From: Octopus sinensis
Taxonomy: Eukaryota
Length of the DNA stretch: 64,000 nt
Assembly: GCF_006345805.1 (NCBI RefSeq)
Contig: NC_042999.1
Location: forward strand, 134,044,001 to 134,108,000
Direction: 5' to 3'
This document shows, piece after piece, positions 26,481 to 40,238 of this stretch. Position 1 is the first letter of the stretch, and the number at the start of each line of letters is the position of its first letter. Under the pieces are notes generated by a model. The model saw only the letters and a program-made list of their open reading frames with translations. It was not told where the DNA came from and did no database searches. The position numbers and the translations under genes are program-made.

Positions 26481-26866
26481 TCCAACAGCTAAATCAGGCA
26501 GCCACACGGTACTAACGTCTATAAAAATCTTCGATCTATCACACGCTGCACAGAGTCGACTCTAGTGCTGCTGGAAAGCCGCACATACATAACGAATAAG
26601 AATCGAGTAGCATGCATCTGTCCCACTTCAGTAGAGAACGGATTATTGTGCTTTGGTCACGTCGCATTTGTGCCTCTCAAGTCCATCCGACAGCTATTGT
26701 TCTGTTGTGTTTAATGTAACTCTGACAACGAAATCTTGGTGGTTTGCTCAAAAGGAAAAGAAGTAAGCGATGATCGTGCTCACAGCCAGCACGTCGTTCA
26801 CGGTGTTTTTACTAATCGACTTCTAGATTGCTACTAAGCTCTCCCTCTAATATTTTTTCCCATCTT

Positions 26867-27575
26867 AAGGCTGCGAGCTGGCAGAAACTTGAGCACGCCG
26901 GGCGAAATTCTTAGCGGTATTTCGTCTGTCTTTAAGTTCTGAGTTCAAATTCCGTCGAAGTCGACTTTGCCTTTCATCGTTTTGGGGTCGATAAATTAAG
27001 TACCAGTTGTTTACTGGAGTCGATATAATCGACTGGCCCCCTTGCCCCCAAATTTCGGGCTTTGTGCCTAGAGTAGAAAAGAATATTTTCTCTCCATCGA
27101 GGCAGCAAGCTGGCAGAATCATTAGCACGCCGGGCAAAATGCTTAACGGCATTTTATCTGGCAGATAATATTTTCTTCCCATCTTAAGGCGGCGAGCTGG
27201 CAGAAACCTTAGCATGCCGGGCGAAATGCGTAGCCGTATTTCGTCTGCCGTTACGTTCTGAGTTCAAATTCCGCCGAGGTCAAATTTGCCTTTCATCCTT
27301 TCGGGGTCGATAAATTAACTACCAGTTACGCACTGGGATCGATGTAATCGACTGAATCCGTTTGTCTGTCCTTGTTGGTCCCCTCTGTATTTAGCCCCTT
27401 GTGGGTAGTAAAGAAATAGGCATTTTATCTGACTTTATGTTCTGAGTCCAAATTCGAAGTTTATCTTTCATCCTTTCGGGGTCGATAAAATAAGTACCAG
27501 TTGAGAACTGGGGTCGATGTAATCGACTATCCCTTCCCCAAAAGTTGCTGGCCTTGTACCAAAACTTAAAACCGA
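26867..27575 (+). mobile_element. Tandem cluster of SINE-B units (monomer, 5' fragment, dimer)
   Basis: Units at 26867-27083, 27098-27160, 27186-27418 and 27419-27575; the three longer units carry GAGTTCAAATTCC-like B-boxes. Confidence 0.9.
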
Positions 27576-28205
27576 TATTTTCTCTCCATTGCTAGCTCTT
27601 TTCTAAAGATTATCGATTCTTATCTAATCACCCTATTCAGGACAACCTACCACCGGTTGTATACGATTATCTCCTGCATCTACCACTCAACAGAAAACGT
27701 TAATCTGGTCTCTCTAGGCTTTGCATGGCGGGAATAGCGAGCTCGTCTTCCAGTAAGCAGCTGGAATTTGACCTCGTAACAAAAAAGAAAAAACAGAAAA
27801 GAACGTAAATGCGGTAGGAACCATTATTATTACGGCTCAATTTTTCATCTGTTTTGGGGCAATGAACTAATCAAATAGTGGGATGGGTTTAATCGACTGT
27901 CCGTTCTCATCTAAAGTGTATCGTCATGTGCCAATGTTAGAAATAAATCCTCTATGTTATGATTATTATTAAAAAACAAAAACAAACAAAACACAATAGC
28001 ACCAATGATAACATCAATAATATAATAATAACAGTATTAATGATATAGGCTGTGAAATGATTGTACGCATTCTTATATTGCAGCCATCGTATTAATCACC
28101 GCAAGAATTAATGTTTGTGTGGCTGAAATTATTCTAATGGTTATTTTTTTCACCTTCTTTGTATGGAATATTCTGTAGTTTATTTCCAAAAGAAATATTC
28201 GCATC

Positions 28206-28261
28206 ATGATAATGATAATGATTGTTGTTGTTGCTGCTGTTGCAGTTGTTGTTGTTGTTGC

Positions 28262-28304
<43 letters not shown>

Positions 28305-28317
28305 GTTGTTGTTGTTG

Positions 28318-28381
<64 letters not shown>

Positions 28382-28400
28382 TAGTAGTAGTAGTAGTATT
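28206..28400. repeat. Compound (TTG)n/(TTA)n/(TAG)n microsatellite
   Basis: Visible directly. Confidence 0.97.
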
Positions 28401-28679
28401 TAATCGACATGTTGCTGTAACTGTTTATCAGCTGGTTGTACTACAGTTTAACTAGCATGCAAGATTGATTGCTCAAGGGTGTATATACATACAGATATAT
28501 ATTTATATATACATACATATACATGTATATATATATATGTGTGTGCGCGCGTGTATGTGTATATATGTTTATGCATATATATATATGTGTATGGGTGTGT
28601 GTGCGTGTATGTTTATACATATATATATATGTATGTATATACATATGTATATATGTGTATATATAAACATATATATATA

Positions 28680-28759
<80 letters not shown>

Positions 28760-28963
28760 CGATATCCAATGAAAAGAAATCTATTTCATGTAAAAGCAAA
28801 CACCTAAGACGATAATATCGAAATTGAAAAAGAGTTCAGAAAAATGTTCTTGTTTTTATTCTTGTCGTTGTTACTGTGGATTTTTCTTTGCAAATAATGA
28901 CAATAAGTAAAAAAAGAAACATTAAAAATACCAAATAACATATATATAATGCCAATATATACA

Positions 28964-29005
<42 letters not shown>

Positions 29006-32000
29006 TGCTTAAAATAAAGTATATATATATATGCTGCTTAAAATAAAGTATATATATATATATATATATATACACATGGAGATACTAAATTTAGATCTTT
29101 AGGAAAATCGCAACTTCCTATGAAATTTAGTTCGTTTATATTGGGTAATTGAATAGAATGTTAATCAAAATTTATAAAAGTCTCTTTTGATCTTTCTGAA
29201 ATAGAATTTTCGAGATTGCTAGTCAAGACCCCCAGGGCAAATTTCCTTAATATATTCTAAATATTCACACCGTTGTGGCGCTGTGAAGCAGATTTCAATG
29301 ACTATAAATCATATCAAAATTATCTTCTCGCAAGCAAGTCACTTCCATCTTCTCTCACTCACTCACTCACCCAAAACCTTCGTTAGTTGCTGTGACATCA
29401 CACTTGCTGAATCTCATCCTACATACATATGAATTTTATGTATCTATATAGTTGTATTTATATTTCTCACTTGGTTTCTTATTTCGTCACTTTCTTTCCG
29501 TCTCTCTAGTTTTCTTGTCTTTCATTCTTTTTTTCTTTTTCTCTTTTTCTCTTTCTCTCTTTCTCTCTTTCGTTCATTCATTTATTTCTGTTATGTCCCA
29601 CTTATAATCGATAACTTTCGATCAAAACGTTAATAAATCACATAAGGAATTGTTAATTAGTTTAGTTCGGTAAAAAGGAGTCGCTAAGAGTAATCGGAAG
29701 CGTTGCTAAGATCAGTTGTGAAGATAAGAACGTCAGCGCATTTCCACTCCCGAAAGGGAGTTTTACCGTAAAAATATAATGATGAACTATTCAAAAGGGA
29801 CCTACGAGGCGTGAAACTGAACTCCAGTTCTTTTATCCCACGCTTCATTGTCGTTGTTGTTGTTGTCGGCGGTGATGATGGTGTTATTATTGTTGTTGTT
29901 GTTGATAATGTAGTTTTTGATATCGTTTTCCATGATGTGTTCTAGAGAGAATCAACTTGCGTAACACAATAAGGTAACATTTCCATTCCCTAGCTGTTGT
30001 CTGTTGTTGTTGTTATTGTAGTTATTGTTGTTGTTGTTTTTATTGCTGCAGCCATTATTGTTGATGTTGTTTCTTGTTGATACAACCACTGCTGGCTGTT
30101 ATAGTTAGTTGCCTTTTTTAAAAAATTTTTTCCTATTTGTTGCTATTTAGAAGAAACTAACATAAATTTTCCTTTAAATTAAGCAAACACTGCGGCACTG
30201 ATTGATAAATGATTGACTCGGCTAAACCAACAGTAAATCATTTAATATAACGTCGATATTTCGCATAAGAATGAACACTATAGCATCTCAGTTAACAGAG
30301 ATGGAAGTTCGATACTAACAACATTCCTAGAATCGGAACTGTTGTGTAATGAAACAGCCTTAAACAAAATGCAAAGTATAATGGTTCAACCCTGATTTTT
30401 GCATGGAATCTGTGAGCCTGTATTAATGTTAACACAGAGGTAACCACTCTGCAGTGAAATGAATAAATTACTTTCAGAAAATTAATTAATAGATTAGATT
30501 GTAAAGTTGATTGCTATGATAATTTTTTTTGTTATTTAACCCCAGGTTACTACTGATCGGATAGATTTATGATCCCAAATCATTCCAAGTTTTTGCATTG
30601 TCTTTACTCCTTGTCCTTTTTCTTTTTTGGTTTTATTTCATACATTAAGTTGATGATTTGATATGCTTGTCTTACCCTGGCCTTCTAACCACTACTGTAC
30701 TTATGTTGATACTCAAACATAATTGTTAACTCTTTGCGTGCACTTTCCTGATTGTTAATATAACAAGCATGTAAATGATCAAACTAACTACAAAGTGTTG
30801 TGCGCAATATTTCTTCACGCGGAGACGGTAATATTCTTAAAGTCATTTACTATTTTAAACCACTGAAATGCAGCCACGCTGGTTTACCACTTCCACGGGT
30901 TTATGCCATTTATATCAACCACAATACTTAGTTTCACCCACGAAAATGTATTTACACCTATTTACACCGCTATACACCATCACATAGAAACATACGCTGC
31001 ACATTGATTCTCTACTACGAAATATATAATTAGTGTATGAACGTTATCTACTGCATCGTAGTTGATTTCAGACATTTTGTTTCAGCCACTAACGACAAAT
31101 TCCAGCCGCTATGCAATGGTTCCCTACCGTTTCACTATCAAGTAACCCACATTCATTGATTTATTTCATGTACTTCGGACATTTGAAAGATCAGACTACC
31201 CAATAAACTGGTTTTATTAATTAAGTACAGTCGTTTTTCTACTTTAATCTTTCAATTGAAAGGTATAATTATTTGTAAATGAATAATTTAAACATTTTAC
31301 ACTTCAGCCGTTGAATGTTTTTAATGCAGCTCATGAAGCCGCAGTACTATCTTTGTGAACATTCTGGTGTCTGCACACCTCGGTTTGGGAAAGTCTAGTT
31401 TATGTAGTAACACAGCCAGATAGAAATAGCTGTCAAAGGTCTCCCTCAAAGCAGCCCTACTGTCTTATAAAACAAAGGAACATATATCTTTAAAATGACA
31501 GGATGAGCATTGCGTGAACTCTTCAGTTAAAGCTGACTTGGGGTTAAACAACAGTAACACCAAAAACGAAAATACATTTACTACTTGTACATTTAATATC
31601 TCCAAAAAGTAATATCTCAAATGTTCAGAATATTAGCGAACAATAAGTAATATCCTGTATACATTGTGGAAACATTAAAGACGTTGTCTCCATAAAGAAG
31701 GAGAGACACTGAAATAATGTTTGTTAAACACATCGATGTGAGGATTAAGTTCAATAATTCATGATAAAAAATTCAGATTATCCATCTCTTATATGACTGA
31801 CAGCAAGTGAATTGTACTCCATCATGGGACTTAAAGTTAGGTATACTGGTTCATAAGCAGTTAAGTTTTATTTGCTCCTGACACAACGAGACACTAGAAA
31901 CTGACTGCATAAGAGCCATTATCCTCCATTTTACAAGCTGGTACCATATCGATTCGGTCAACTGAGACTTTATCGTGGAAACAAAATGACATAACTCAGT

Positions 32001-32588
32001 GCTTTAAATCTAATGTCGGTATATTACAGTCTAGCTAATAAAATATTTTACTATTTCTAAGTTAAATATGAACAGTCATCAAAATCATATACTAAAACTA
32101 CAAATAATGGCATCTATACACATACACACACCGATATGATGGACGACTTTCCTAACAACATACTAAACTTACTGCCATATTTCCAGCTTATCTTTGACTA
32201 AAGTGCAGCCATTAATGTATTGCTATGTTTGTACTTAAAAGCTTTGATGGAGCAATAAATTTCGTATTGAAACTCTATCTCTGTAGCTGTAATGCTATAT
32301 AAAGTCGATATATCTGTTCAATGAAAACATTTGATTAACTTTGATAATATTCCAAATAACACACATGAATCAAGTGTGTATTCGTGTTCATAGACATAGG
32401 AATACACACACTTATATACATACATCGTAGTTATAAACTCGTATGTATTTGTATACACAAATTATGCAATGCATTACATACATTATTGTGTATGCATATG
32501 TATGTGTATCTGTCTGTCTGTATGTATGAATTTATGTATACCGCATATACACTTATAAGCGTATATATGTGTGCGTGTGTGTACAACG

Positions 32589-32620
<32 letters not shown>

Positions 32621-32646
32621 CATATATATATTTCTAAGTGTTTATA

Positions 32647-33335
32647 TGGCTAGCCACTTCTTCCTACGCGGGTATCCCCTCACCACTATCCACACCGCCC
32701 TTCCCAGAGCACGTTCCGTGGACCGTGTATCTGCTCCCCCCCCCGCATCCGCCTCGCCGTCTCCCGTCTTCCGTTTCTCCTCACCTACTACCCCACCACT
32801 CTACCTCTCTAACGCACCATTCTCCGAGTCTTCCGGCGACTCCAGTCCGACCCCTCCACTTCGCACATCTTCCCTAACCGACCCCTCCCCTCCTTCAAAC
32901 GAGCCAACAACCTACGAGATCTCTTGGTACACAGCTTCTTCCCTGACCCAACATCCCAACCCGGCTCGTTCTCCTGTTCTCGCACACGCTGCCACACATG
33001 CCCTTAACTCTCCAACATCACCCTCCTCACAAGCACCCATCATCGACACTATCATATCACTGAATCTTTCAGCTGCATTTCTCGCAACGTCGTCTACTAC
33101 ATTTCCGGTTCTCTGTGTCCTTCTCTATATATCGGTCAAACGGGACGGCGCTTGGCTGACCGGTTCGCGGAACACCTCCGAGACACCAGACTCTACCGCT
33201 CTACCGGTCATTCTTTACAACACCTGTCTGTGTTCGGATTGTCCTTGTACAGGGGCCATCAGGACTCATGTCTCCGTTATAAACAGGGATTAATCTTCTC
33301 TCTTCGCTCCTTTGCGCCACATGGGCTCAAATCTC
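32647..33335 (+). mobile_element. Penelope-like retroelement fragment (RT C-terminus, Zn-linker, GIY-YIG endonuclease)
   Basis: C-rich island with frameshifted peptide [78 protein letters not shown]. Confidence 0.85.
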
Positions 33336-33584
33336 CTCCCCTGGTTTCGTGTTTCGAGCAAAGCTCTTGTTCAAAGTCCAATAGAAAAGGAAGACGGAGG
33401 AGAAAATCGCCAACGAGATTGGTTACATACACACATACATACATACATACATACATACATGCACACATACATACATACATACATGCATACATACATATAC
33501 ATATACATATATATATATTATATAAATATATATATATATATACATATATATGTGTATGTGTGTATGTATATATATATATATATA

Positions 33585-33651
<67 letters not shown>

Positions 33652-33664
33652 TATATATAATATT

Positions 33665-33860
33665 CTTTTGTTCTTTTATATGTTCTAGTCATTTGACTAC
33701 GGCTATGCCGAGGCACCGCCTTTAGTCGAGCAAATCGACCCCAGGACGTATTCTTTGTAACTATCGGTCCATTTTGCCAAATCGTTAAGTTACAGAGACA
33801 TAAACGCACCAGCATCAGTTGTCAAGCGATGCTGGGGGAGTAACATAGACACACAAGCAT
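33665..33860 (-). mobile_element. SINE family 'C' 3' half
   Basis: AGTCATTTGACTACGGCTATGC..CACCGCCTTTAGTCGAGCAAATCGACCCC matches 47060-47130. Confidence 0.8.
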
Positions 33861-33881
33861 ATACATACATACATACATACA

Positions 33882-33914
<33 letters not shown>

Positions 33915-34191
33915 GTATATATATGCATAGATGAGGGCAGCTGCATCAAACTCTCTCATACACCAAATGTCAATTGCTAAAAAGCATTCGTGAAGTAAAA
34001 TCATGTAGCAATACCGAATGGCGGTGCCCCAGCATGGCCACAGCTCGTGAGCTGAAACTAGATAAAATAAAATAAAAATAAAATAAATAAAATATATATG
34101 CATAAAAATAATTTTTAATTCCATTAGACATTCTAAAATACTTTCATTCAATTTTAAAAACGATAAAATCAGACAGAAGCTATGGGATGAC

Positions 34192-34294
<103 letters not shown>

Positions 34295-34306
34295 ATATAT
34301 AATATA

Positions 34307-34353
<47 letters not shown>

Positions 34354-34373
34354 CATATATACATACATATTTA

Positions 34374-34418
<45 letters not shown>

Positions 34419-34443
34419 ATATATATATATATTATATATATAC

Positions 34444-34860
34444 AGGCGTGGATGTGTGGTAGAGGCCTCATCCCAATTACATGTTCATAGTGCTGCCACT
34501 GCCTGACACGATCGGGTAGTGTTTTCTACTATAGCCTCAAACCGACCAAAGACTTGTGAGTGGATTTGGTAGACGGAAACTGAAAAAAGCCTGTCGTATA
34601 AATATATATAAATATATGTATGTATATTTATATAAATATACACGCACACACACACACTGATGCACACGTGTGTGTGTGTGTGTCTTGGTCTCCACCATGA
34701 CTTGACAACCGGTGTTGGTGTTTATGACCCCGTAACTTACTAGTTCAACAAAAAGAGAATGATAGAGCAAGTACTAAGCTTTCTTCGACTAAAACTCTTC
34801 AAGTCGGTGTCCCAGCATGCCCACACTCAAATGACTGACGCAATTGAAAGAGTAAAAGAG
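34444..34860 (+). mobile_element. SINE family 'C'
   Basis: Homologous to 35808-36202 along its length. Confidence 0.85.
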
Positions 34861-35697
34861 TAATACACACACATGCACGCGCGCACACACGTATTTTCCT
34901 TTTTTTGTGTGCGTGTGTGTGAGAGAGAGATAGATAGAGAGAGAGAGAGACAAAGAGAGAGAAAGAGAGTGTACGTATATATGTATTTATATTGTGTAGT
35001 GTTCTGTTATAGGTAGGACCAACGAAGACGTGCTCTTTGCAGCGAGAGATAGAAGTCATTTGATATACATAGGTTTTAAATGCGAACTACTATTAATTTC
35101 ATGCCTCAGAAAGTACAATGATCGGAAAAGCTTGTATAGCGTCAGTGTAATCTATCTCACCTACTGAATTCCAGATCCACATTTTTCACTGAATATAAGC
35201 ATCTGTGCTAGTTTCTGTGGTCGAATTGGAAAACACTTCCCTCTCCGGAATTAAGCATGCATCCTCACATACTTTACCCGTTTCCCGTTGAACTAATCAT
35301 ACAATCCATACTATATTCCATTATAACGGGCCATTGTGACGCAATTCACGTCTCCTCTTCTACCTTGCATCTTTTTTTGTTTTCCTTTTATGTTTTTCAT
35401 ACCAGTTTTCATTTTTTTTTTCCTGTTGTTCCTTCCTGCTGTTTCTCGTTTTCCCCCAAAGGGCAGCCATGTTCTAATTTGACTCTGAATATACTCAGGG
35501 CTTTCTCCATCCATTCATCCATCCATACACATAGACATATATATGTATATCTCAGTCTGTCTCTTTCTCTCCCCAATCTCTCTCTCTCTTTCTTCACACG
35601 CACACATATATATATGATTAATATTTAGCAAAAGCAACAGAGTAACTTAAGGACTGAGAGTTTCGTGCCTTACTACTTATTAATGCATATATGTATG

Positions 35698-35752
<55 letters not shown>

Positions 35753-35807
35753 TACTCCTTCTAGCATGGTAGGTGTCCTATGATGGTCACCTCTAATGTG
35801 TTAAAAT

Positions 35808-36202
35808 GCGTAGGAGTGGCTGTGTGGTAAGTAGCTTGCTAACCAACCACATGGTTCTGGTTCAGTCCCACTGCGTGGCATCTTGGGCAAGTGTCTTCTG
35901 CTATAGCCCCGGGCCGACCAATGCCTTGTGAGTGGTAGACGGAAACTGAAAGAAGCCTGTCGTATATATGTATATATATATATGCGTGTGTATGTGTGTG
36001 TGTTTGTCCCCCTAGCATTGCTTGATAACCGATGCTGGTGTGTTTACATTCCCGTCACTTAGCGGTTCGGCAAAAGAGACCGATAGAATAAGTACTGGGC
36101 TTACAATGAATAAGTCCCGGGGTCAATTTGCTCGACTAAAGGCGGTGCTCCAGCATGGCCGCAGTCAAATGACTGAAACAAGTAAAAGAGTAAAAAAAAG
36201 AG
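35808..36202 (+). mobile_element. SINE family 'C', well-preserved full-length copy
   Basis: A-box TGGCTGTGTGG, B-box GGTTCAGTCCC, internal (TA)/(TG) microsatellite, tail ..GACTGAAACAAGTAAAAGAGTAAAA. Confidence 0.92.
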
Positions 36203-36689
36203 TATGTGTGTGTGTGTGTGTAGATGCTTGTTTCAATAATTAGGCTACGGCCATGTTGAGGAACACCCATGGATAATTTTAGTCGAATAATTTGACCAGT
36301 ATTGTTGTGTTTTTGAGCCTGATACTTAGTAGCTATTCATAATCTCTGTATTTTTCTACGCAGAAAATATAAAATTCGAAAAAAAAGTTACAAATTAAGA
36401 AATTGTGGTGGGTATAGGGGGAAATTTACATATTGGAAACGTGATTTCTGGACAAAATCATATTAACCGCCTTTAATACGAAGAAACAATACATAGTTTC
36501 TCATCCTTCTTAAGAACAGAAAGCACTTTCATGCACATTGTACCATCGCACTTCACTATTAAACAATAATAACTTCCATTATTCCATTAACCATATATGA
36601 GGTGTGCCGATTCTGCTCATAAGAAAAGAGCAAATAATACAACGTGCTTGCAGGCCACAACAACCGGGCAATGCCGGGAAGCATTGCTA

Positions 36690-36741
<52 letters not shown>

Positions 36742-36754
36742 ATATATATATATA

Positions 36755-37908
36755 CTGGCGTTGGACAAAATAATGGAAACACCTTAAAATTTCAAACAAA
36801 TTCATTTTAATATGGGGTAGGACCGCCTTTGCCAGTAATTACAGCTTGAATTCTACGAGGTATGGACTCGTACAAAGATTGAATTGCTTCCAAATGAATT
36901 TTTGTCCATTCTTCAGCTAAAACAGTCTCCAGTTCTTGTAGTGATGATGGTGGAGGATATCGACTCCTTATTTGTTTTCTAAAATGCACCATAAATGTTC
37001 ACTAATATTGAGATCTGGGGACTGTGGTGGGCAGATAAGACGTTCAACTTCACTAGAATGTTTCTCGTGTCATTCAGTAACAACGCTAGCTGTGTGAATT
37101 AGTGCATTATCATCTTGAAGATTGCGTTTCCCTCTGGAAACAGTTCCGCAATCATAGGATGAATTCGATTAGATAAAATGTTTAAATAGTCTTGGCTATT
37201 AATTCTGCCATGAAGGGAAGCGATTGGGCCGGTGGATTTCCAAGATATAGCCCCCAGATCATCACAGATTCATCTCCATGTTTAACAGTTGGAAGAAGGC
37301 AGTCTGGGACAACATTCTTCCACTGCTCTAGGGACCAATTCTAAACACTTTGCAACGCTTGTTTTTGAAAGTAGTGGTTTTCTGATTGCAGCTCTCTCGT
37401 GAAATCCGGCTTTGTGCAGCTACTGGCAAACAGTTTTTGTGGAGACCAGGTTCTCATAGCGGCCATTAAGCTCTGCAGTAGTTCTGGGAGCTGTACTTTT
37501 GTGATCCTTTCTAATAATTCGCGTAAGAGTCTGACGGTCCCTATCTGAAAGTTTTGATTTTCTTATGGAGTTTTGTTTCGACGAGGAGGTTTTTCCCTCT
37601 TTCTCAAAGGCTGTCATTACTTTTGAGACAGAACTTCTTGATACACCAAACATTTCGGCTGTTTTCGTTATGCTAGCGTCTACCATTTGATCTCTTTTAA
37701 AGTCCGAGAGATCTGTCATTTTAATGAATCTTAACTACTTATTTCTGATGATATCTGAAAAGAAACAGCAATTTTAGCAAACAATATTAAGCAACATTAA
37801 TAATAAACGAAATGAGATAGAAATAAACAAACTTTTGACGGTTTTATAGATATTTCAAAATTATGATGCTATGATGCTAGGCGTTTCCATTATTTTGTCC
37901 AAACCCTG
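36755..37908 (-). mobile_element. Tc1 (DD34E) transposon, non-functional
   Basis: TA-flanked TIRs CTGGCGTTGGACAAAATAATGGAAACACCT / AGGCGTTTCCATTATTTTGTCCAAACCCTG. Transposase remnant 37719->36807 with MTDLSDFKR, PTVKHG, SVMIWG, FQDDNA, PPQSPDLNISEHLW and SIPRRIQAVITGKGGPTPY*. Confidence 0.94.
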
Positions 37909-37956
37909 TATATACACTCATACATGCATACATACATACATACATACATACATACA

Positions 37957-37990
<34 letters not shown>

Positions 37991-38038
37991 CATACATACA
38001 TACGTACATACATACATACACACATACATACATACATT

Positions 38039-38072
<34 letters not shown>

Positions 38073-38076
38073 TATA

Positions 38077-38125
<49 letters not shown>

Positions 38126-38179
38126 ATGTGTGTGTGTGTGTGTGTGCGTGCGTGTATATATAAATAAATGGAGTTAAAC

Positions 38180-39885
38180 CACAAACCATCAACCAACCTT
38201 AAGGATATTAGCCAATTCCGTAATCATTCTAGGGCAATCACTAAGAATTTAGTTAAGAATATTTCAATTAGATTGTCTACGTTATCTGCTAATGTTGATA
38301 TGTTCAACAAGGTTGAATTTTATACTCTGCTTACTTAAAGCAGGTTATACAGAGAAAGTTACCTACATTAATTCTATTCAATCTTATTCTACCTTTAGTA
38401 ATGGAGATAAGAAATCTAGTTGTAACGATATGAACGATTTCAGTTTTAATTTATACGCCAACACCAAACAGAGGAAGGTTTTTTCACAACATAAGGGAGG
38501 TAAGCGTTATTTAACCTCCGTTTTTCATTCTAAAGTTAAATCGATGTCTTTTAACGATAGTTACACTAAAAATAAGGCAGCTAATAGTAAAAGTATTTGG
38601 TTGATTATTCCTTATGGGAGGCAAATTAAATCTAATCTTTCTTTCCAGTTTCAGGAAGCTTTTATTAGGAATTTTCCTAAGAATTCTAGGTATTACTCGA
38701 TTATCAACCCGCACACGGTTAGGATTGGTTGTTCCAACACAAAAAATCTCACAAATTATCTCTTCACATAATATTAGTCTGTTAAATAAGAATCCAGTCA
38801 CTAATACTAACATTAATTTAGCTAATACTAACCATCCCCCTAGGATTATTAACAATAAGGTTATTGTCTCTGAAGTCAATTCCAATAGAATTAAGTTTAT
38901 GTCTAGTAATTCTAAGACTAAAAACTCTACCAGTGTAAAATTACTTCAGTTACCGATGTCTTTTTTTTTATATATATATAGGTAGTTCTTCTTCTCAGTT
39001 ATCTAAAAGAATTTCTAACCATTACTCTACAATTAGGGATAGTAATAAACGCAACAGTACAGGGTTTAGTAAATTAATTTGGTATCTAAAAGACCATAAT
39101 AAACAATTTAATTTAGAGCGATTGATTCTCTCCATTTCGTTCCCATACGATAAAGGCAAAGAATTCTGCCAACTCTGTAATAGTGAACTATTTTCTATTC
39201 TATTTTCTAAGAATCCCCTTGTAAACACGTTTATAGAGCGTGCTTATCGATGTAAACTTTGGCAGAAACATACCTTTAGTTCATATAAGTGATATTCCCC
39301 ATTATATATAATTTGAAGATTGATTTTCTTCTTACATTTCACTTCCACTAGACATGTCTATTTCCATGCCTTTGCGCATTTATTTTAATTCACATATCGC
39401 TCTATATTTCTCCTTTATTAGTTTTCTGCTTATTTCTTTCTTTTACTCTTTCTCTTTCTATAGGCTGCCTTTGACTTTATATCTTCTAACAGTTTAAAAA
39501 TAAAAATAATAATTGCGTTATGTTCATCATTATACACATCCATCATATCCTGTTAAAATGTCTTATTGATGAGTTTGGTTTCTTTCTTTCTCTGATGAGA
39601 AGATTACATTGCTTTACACCATTTTTTTCCTTTGGAATAATACCAATGTTGTCTTCGAAACATATGAGGGAAGTAAAAGAATTTGAATAACAACTGCGTT
39701 TAACTCCATTTATATATTTATAGATATTCAAAAATATCTCGCATCAACCCGGAGTTTCTACCATTACAAACAGGGTGTTACGTCCTTATGACTTGTATGA
39801 TTTTTTTTTTTTTGCTGCCCTGGTAACTGTTTATTTATTTTTTCCGTGTTAATTGTAAACAAGGGGAAAATACACACATCCATTT
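38180..39885 (+). mobile_element. Penelope-like retroelement 3' part plus pseudo-LTR-like tail
   Basis: Peptides HKPSTNLKDISQFRNHSRAITKNLVKNISIRLSTLSANVDMFNK, KAGYTEKVTY and NSTGFSKLIWYLKD..PYDKGKEFCQLCNSE..RCK..KHTF* (stop near 39291); decayed HHR downstream. Confidence 0.8.
39585..39675 (+). ncRNA. Decayed hammerhead ribozyme with long stem II
   Basis: CTGATGA (39592-39598), stem II GAAGATTACATTG / CAATGTTGTCTTC, GAAAC-ATATG; the U-H of the cleavage triplet appears deleted. Confidence 0.55.
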
Positions 39886-39922
39886 GTATATATATATATG
39901 TGTGTGTGTGTGTGTATATATG

Positions 39923-39954
<32 letters not shown>

Positions 39955-40025
39955 TGTATGTATGTATGTATGTATGTATGTATGTATGTGTGTATGTATG
40001 TGTATATATATATATATATATCTTA

Positions 40026-40238
40026 GAAATAGAGAACATACTAGCAAAACACGTGGTATCACTTTAGAGCCTTTAATTTATAATTTATAATTAAAACATA
40101 GTGAAGTGTAGTAACAGAAAATACGTAAAGACGTTTTAGCAATTTACTATAACTATTCTACACTATGTTTGAAATATAAATCAGAAATTAAAGGCTCTAA
40201 AGTGAAACCATATGTTTTACTTGTCTGTCCTCTATTTC
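40026..40238. mobile_element. MITE/foldback-like element
   Basis: Imperfect inverted arms of about 78 bp at 40026-40103 and 40161-40238, including TCACTTTAGAGCCTTTAATTT / AAATTAAAGGCTCTAAAGTGA. Confidence 0.75.

Noticed and set aside
26849-27590. CRISPR-like repeat/spacer array
   Set aside because: The 'spacers' are homologous SINE copies, the context is eukaryotic and there are no cas genes.
29779-29820. C/D-box snoRNA (ATGATGA...CTGA)
   Set aside because: Only about 42 nt from box C to box D and no convincing terminal stem.
36022-36243. Repeated small protein '[17 protein letters not shown]' (also 47010-47222)
   Set aside because: It is a chance reading frame of the SINE-C tail.
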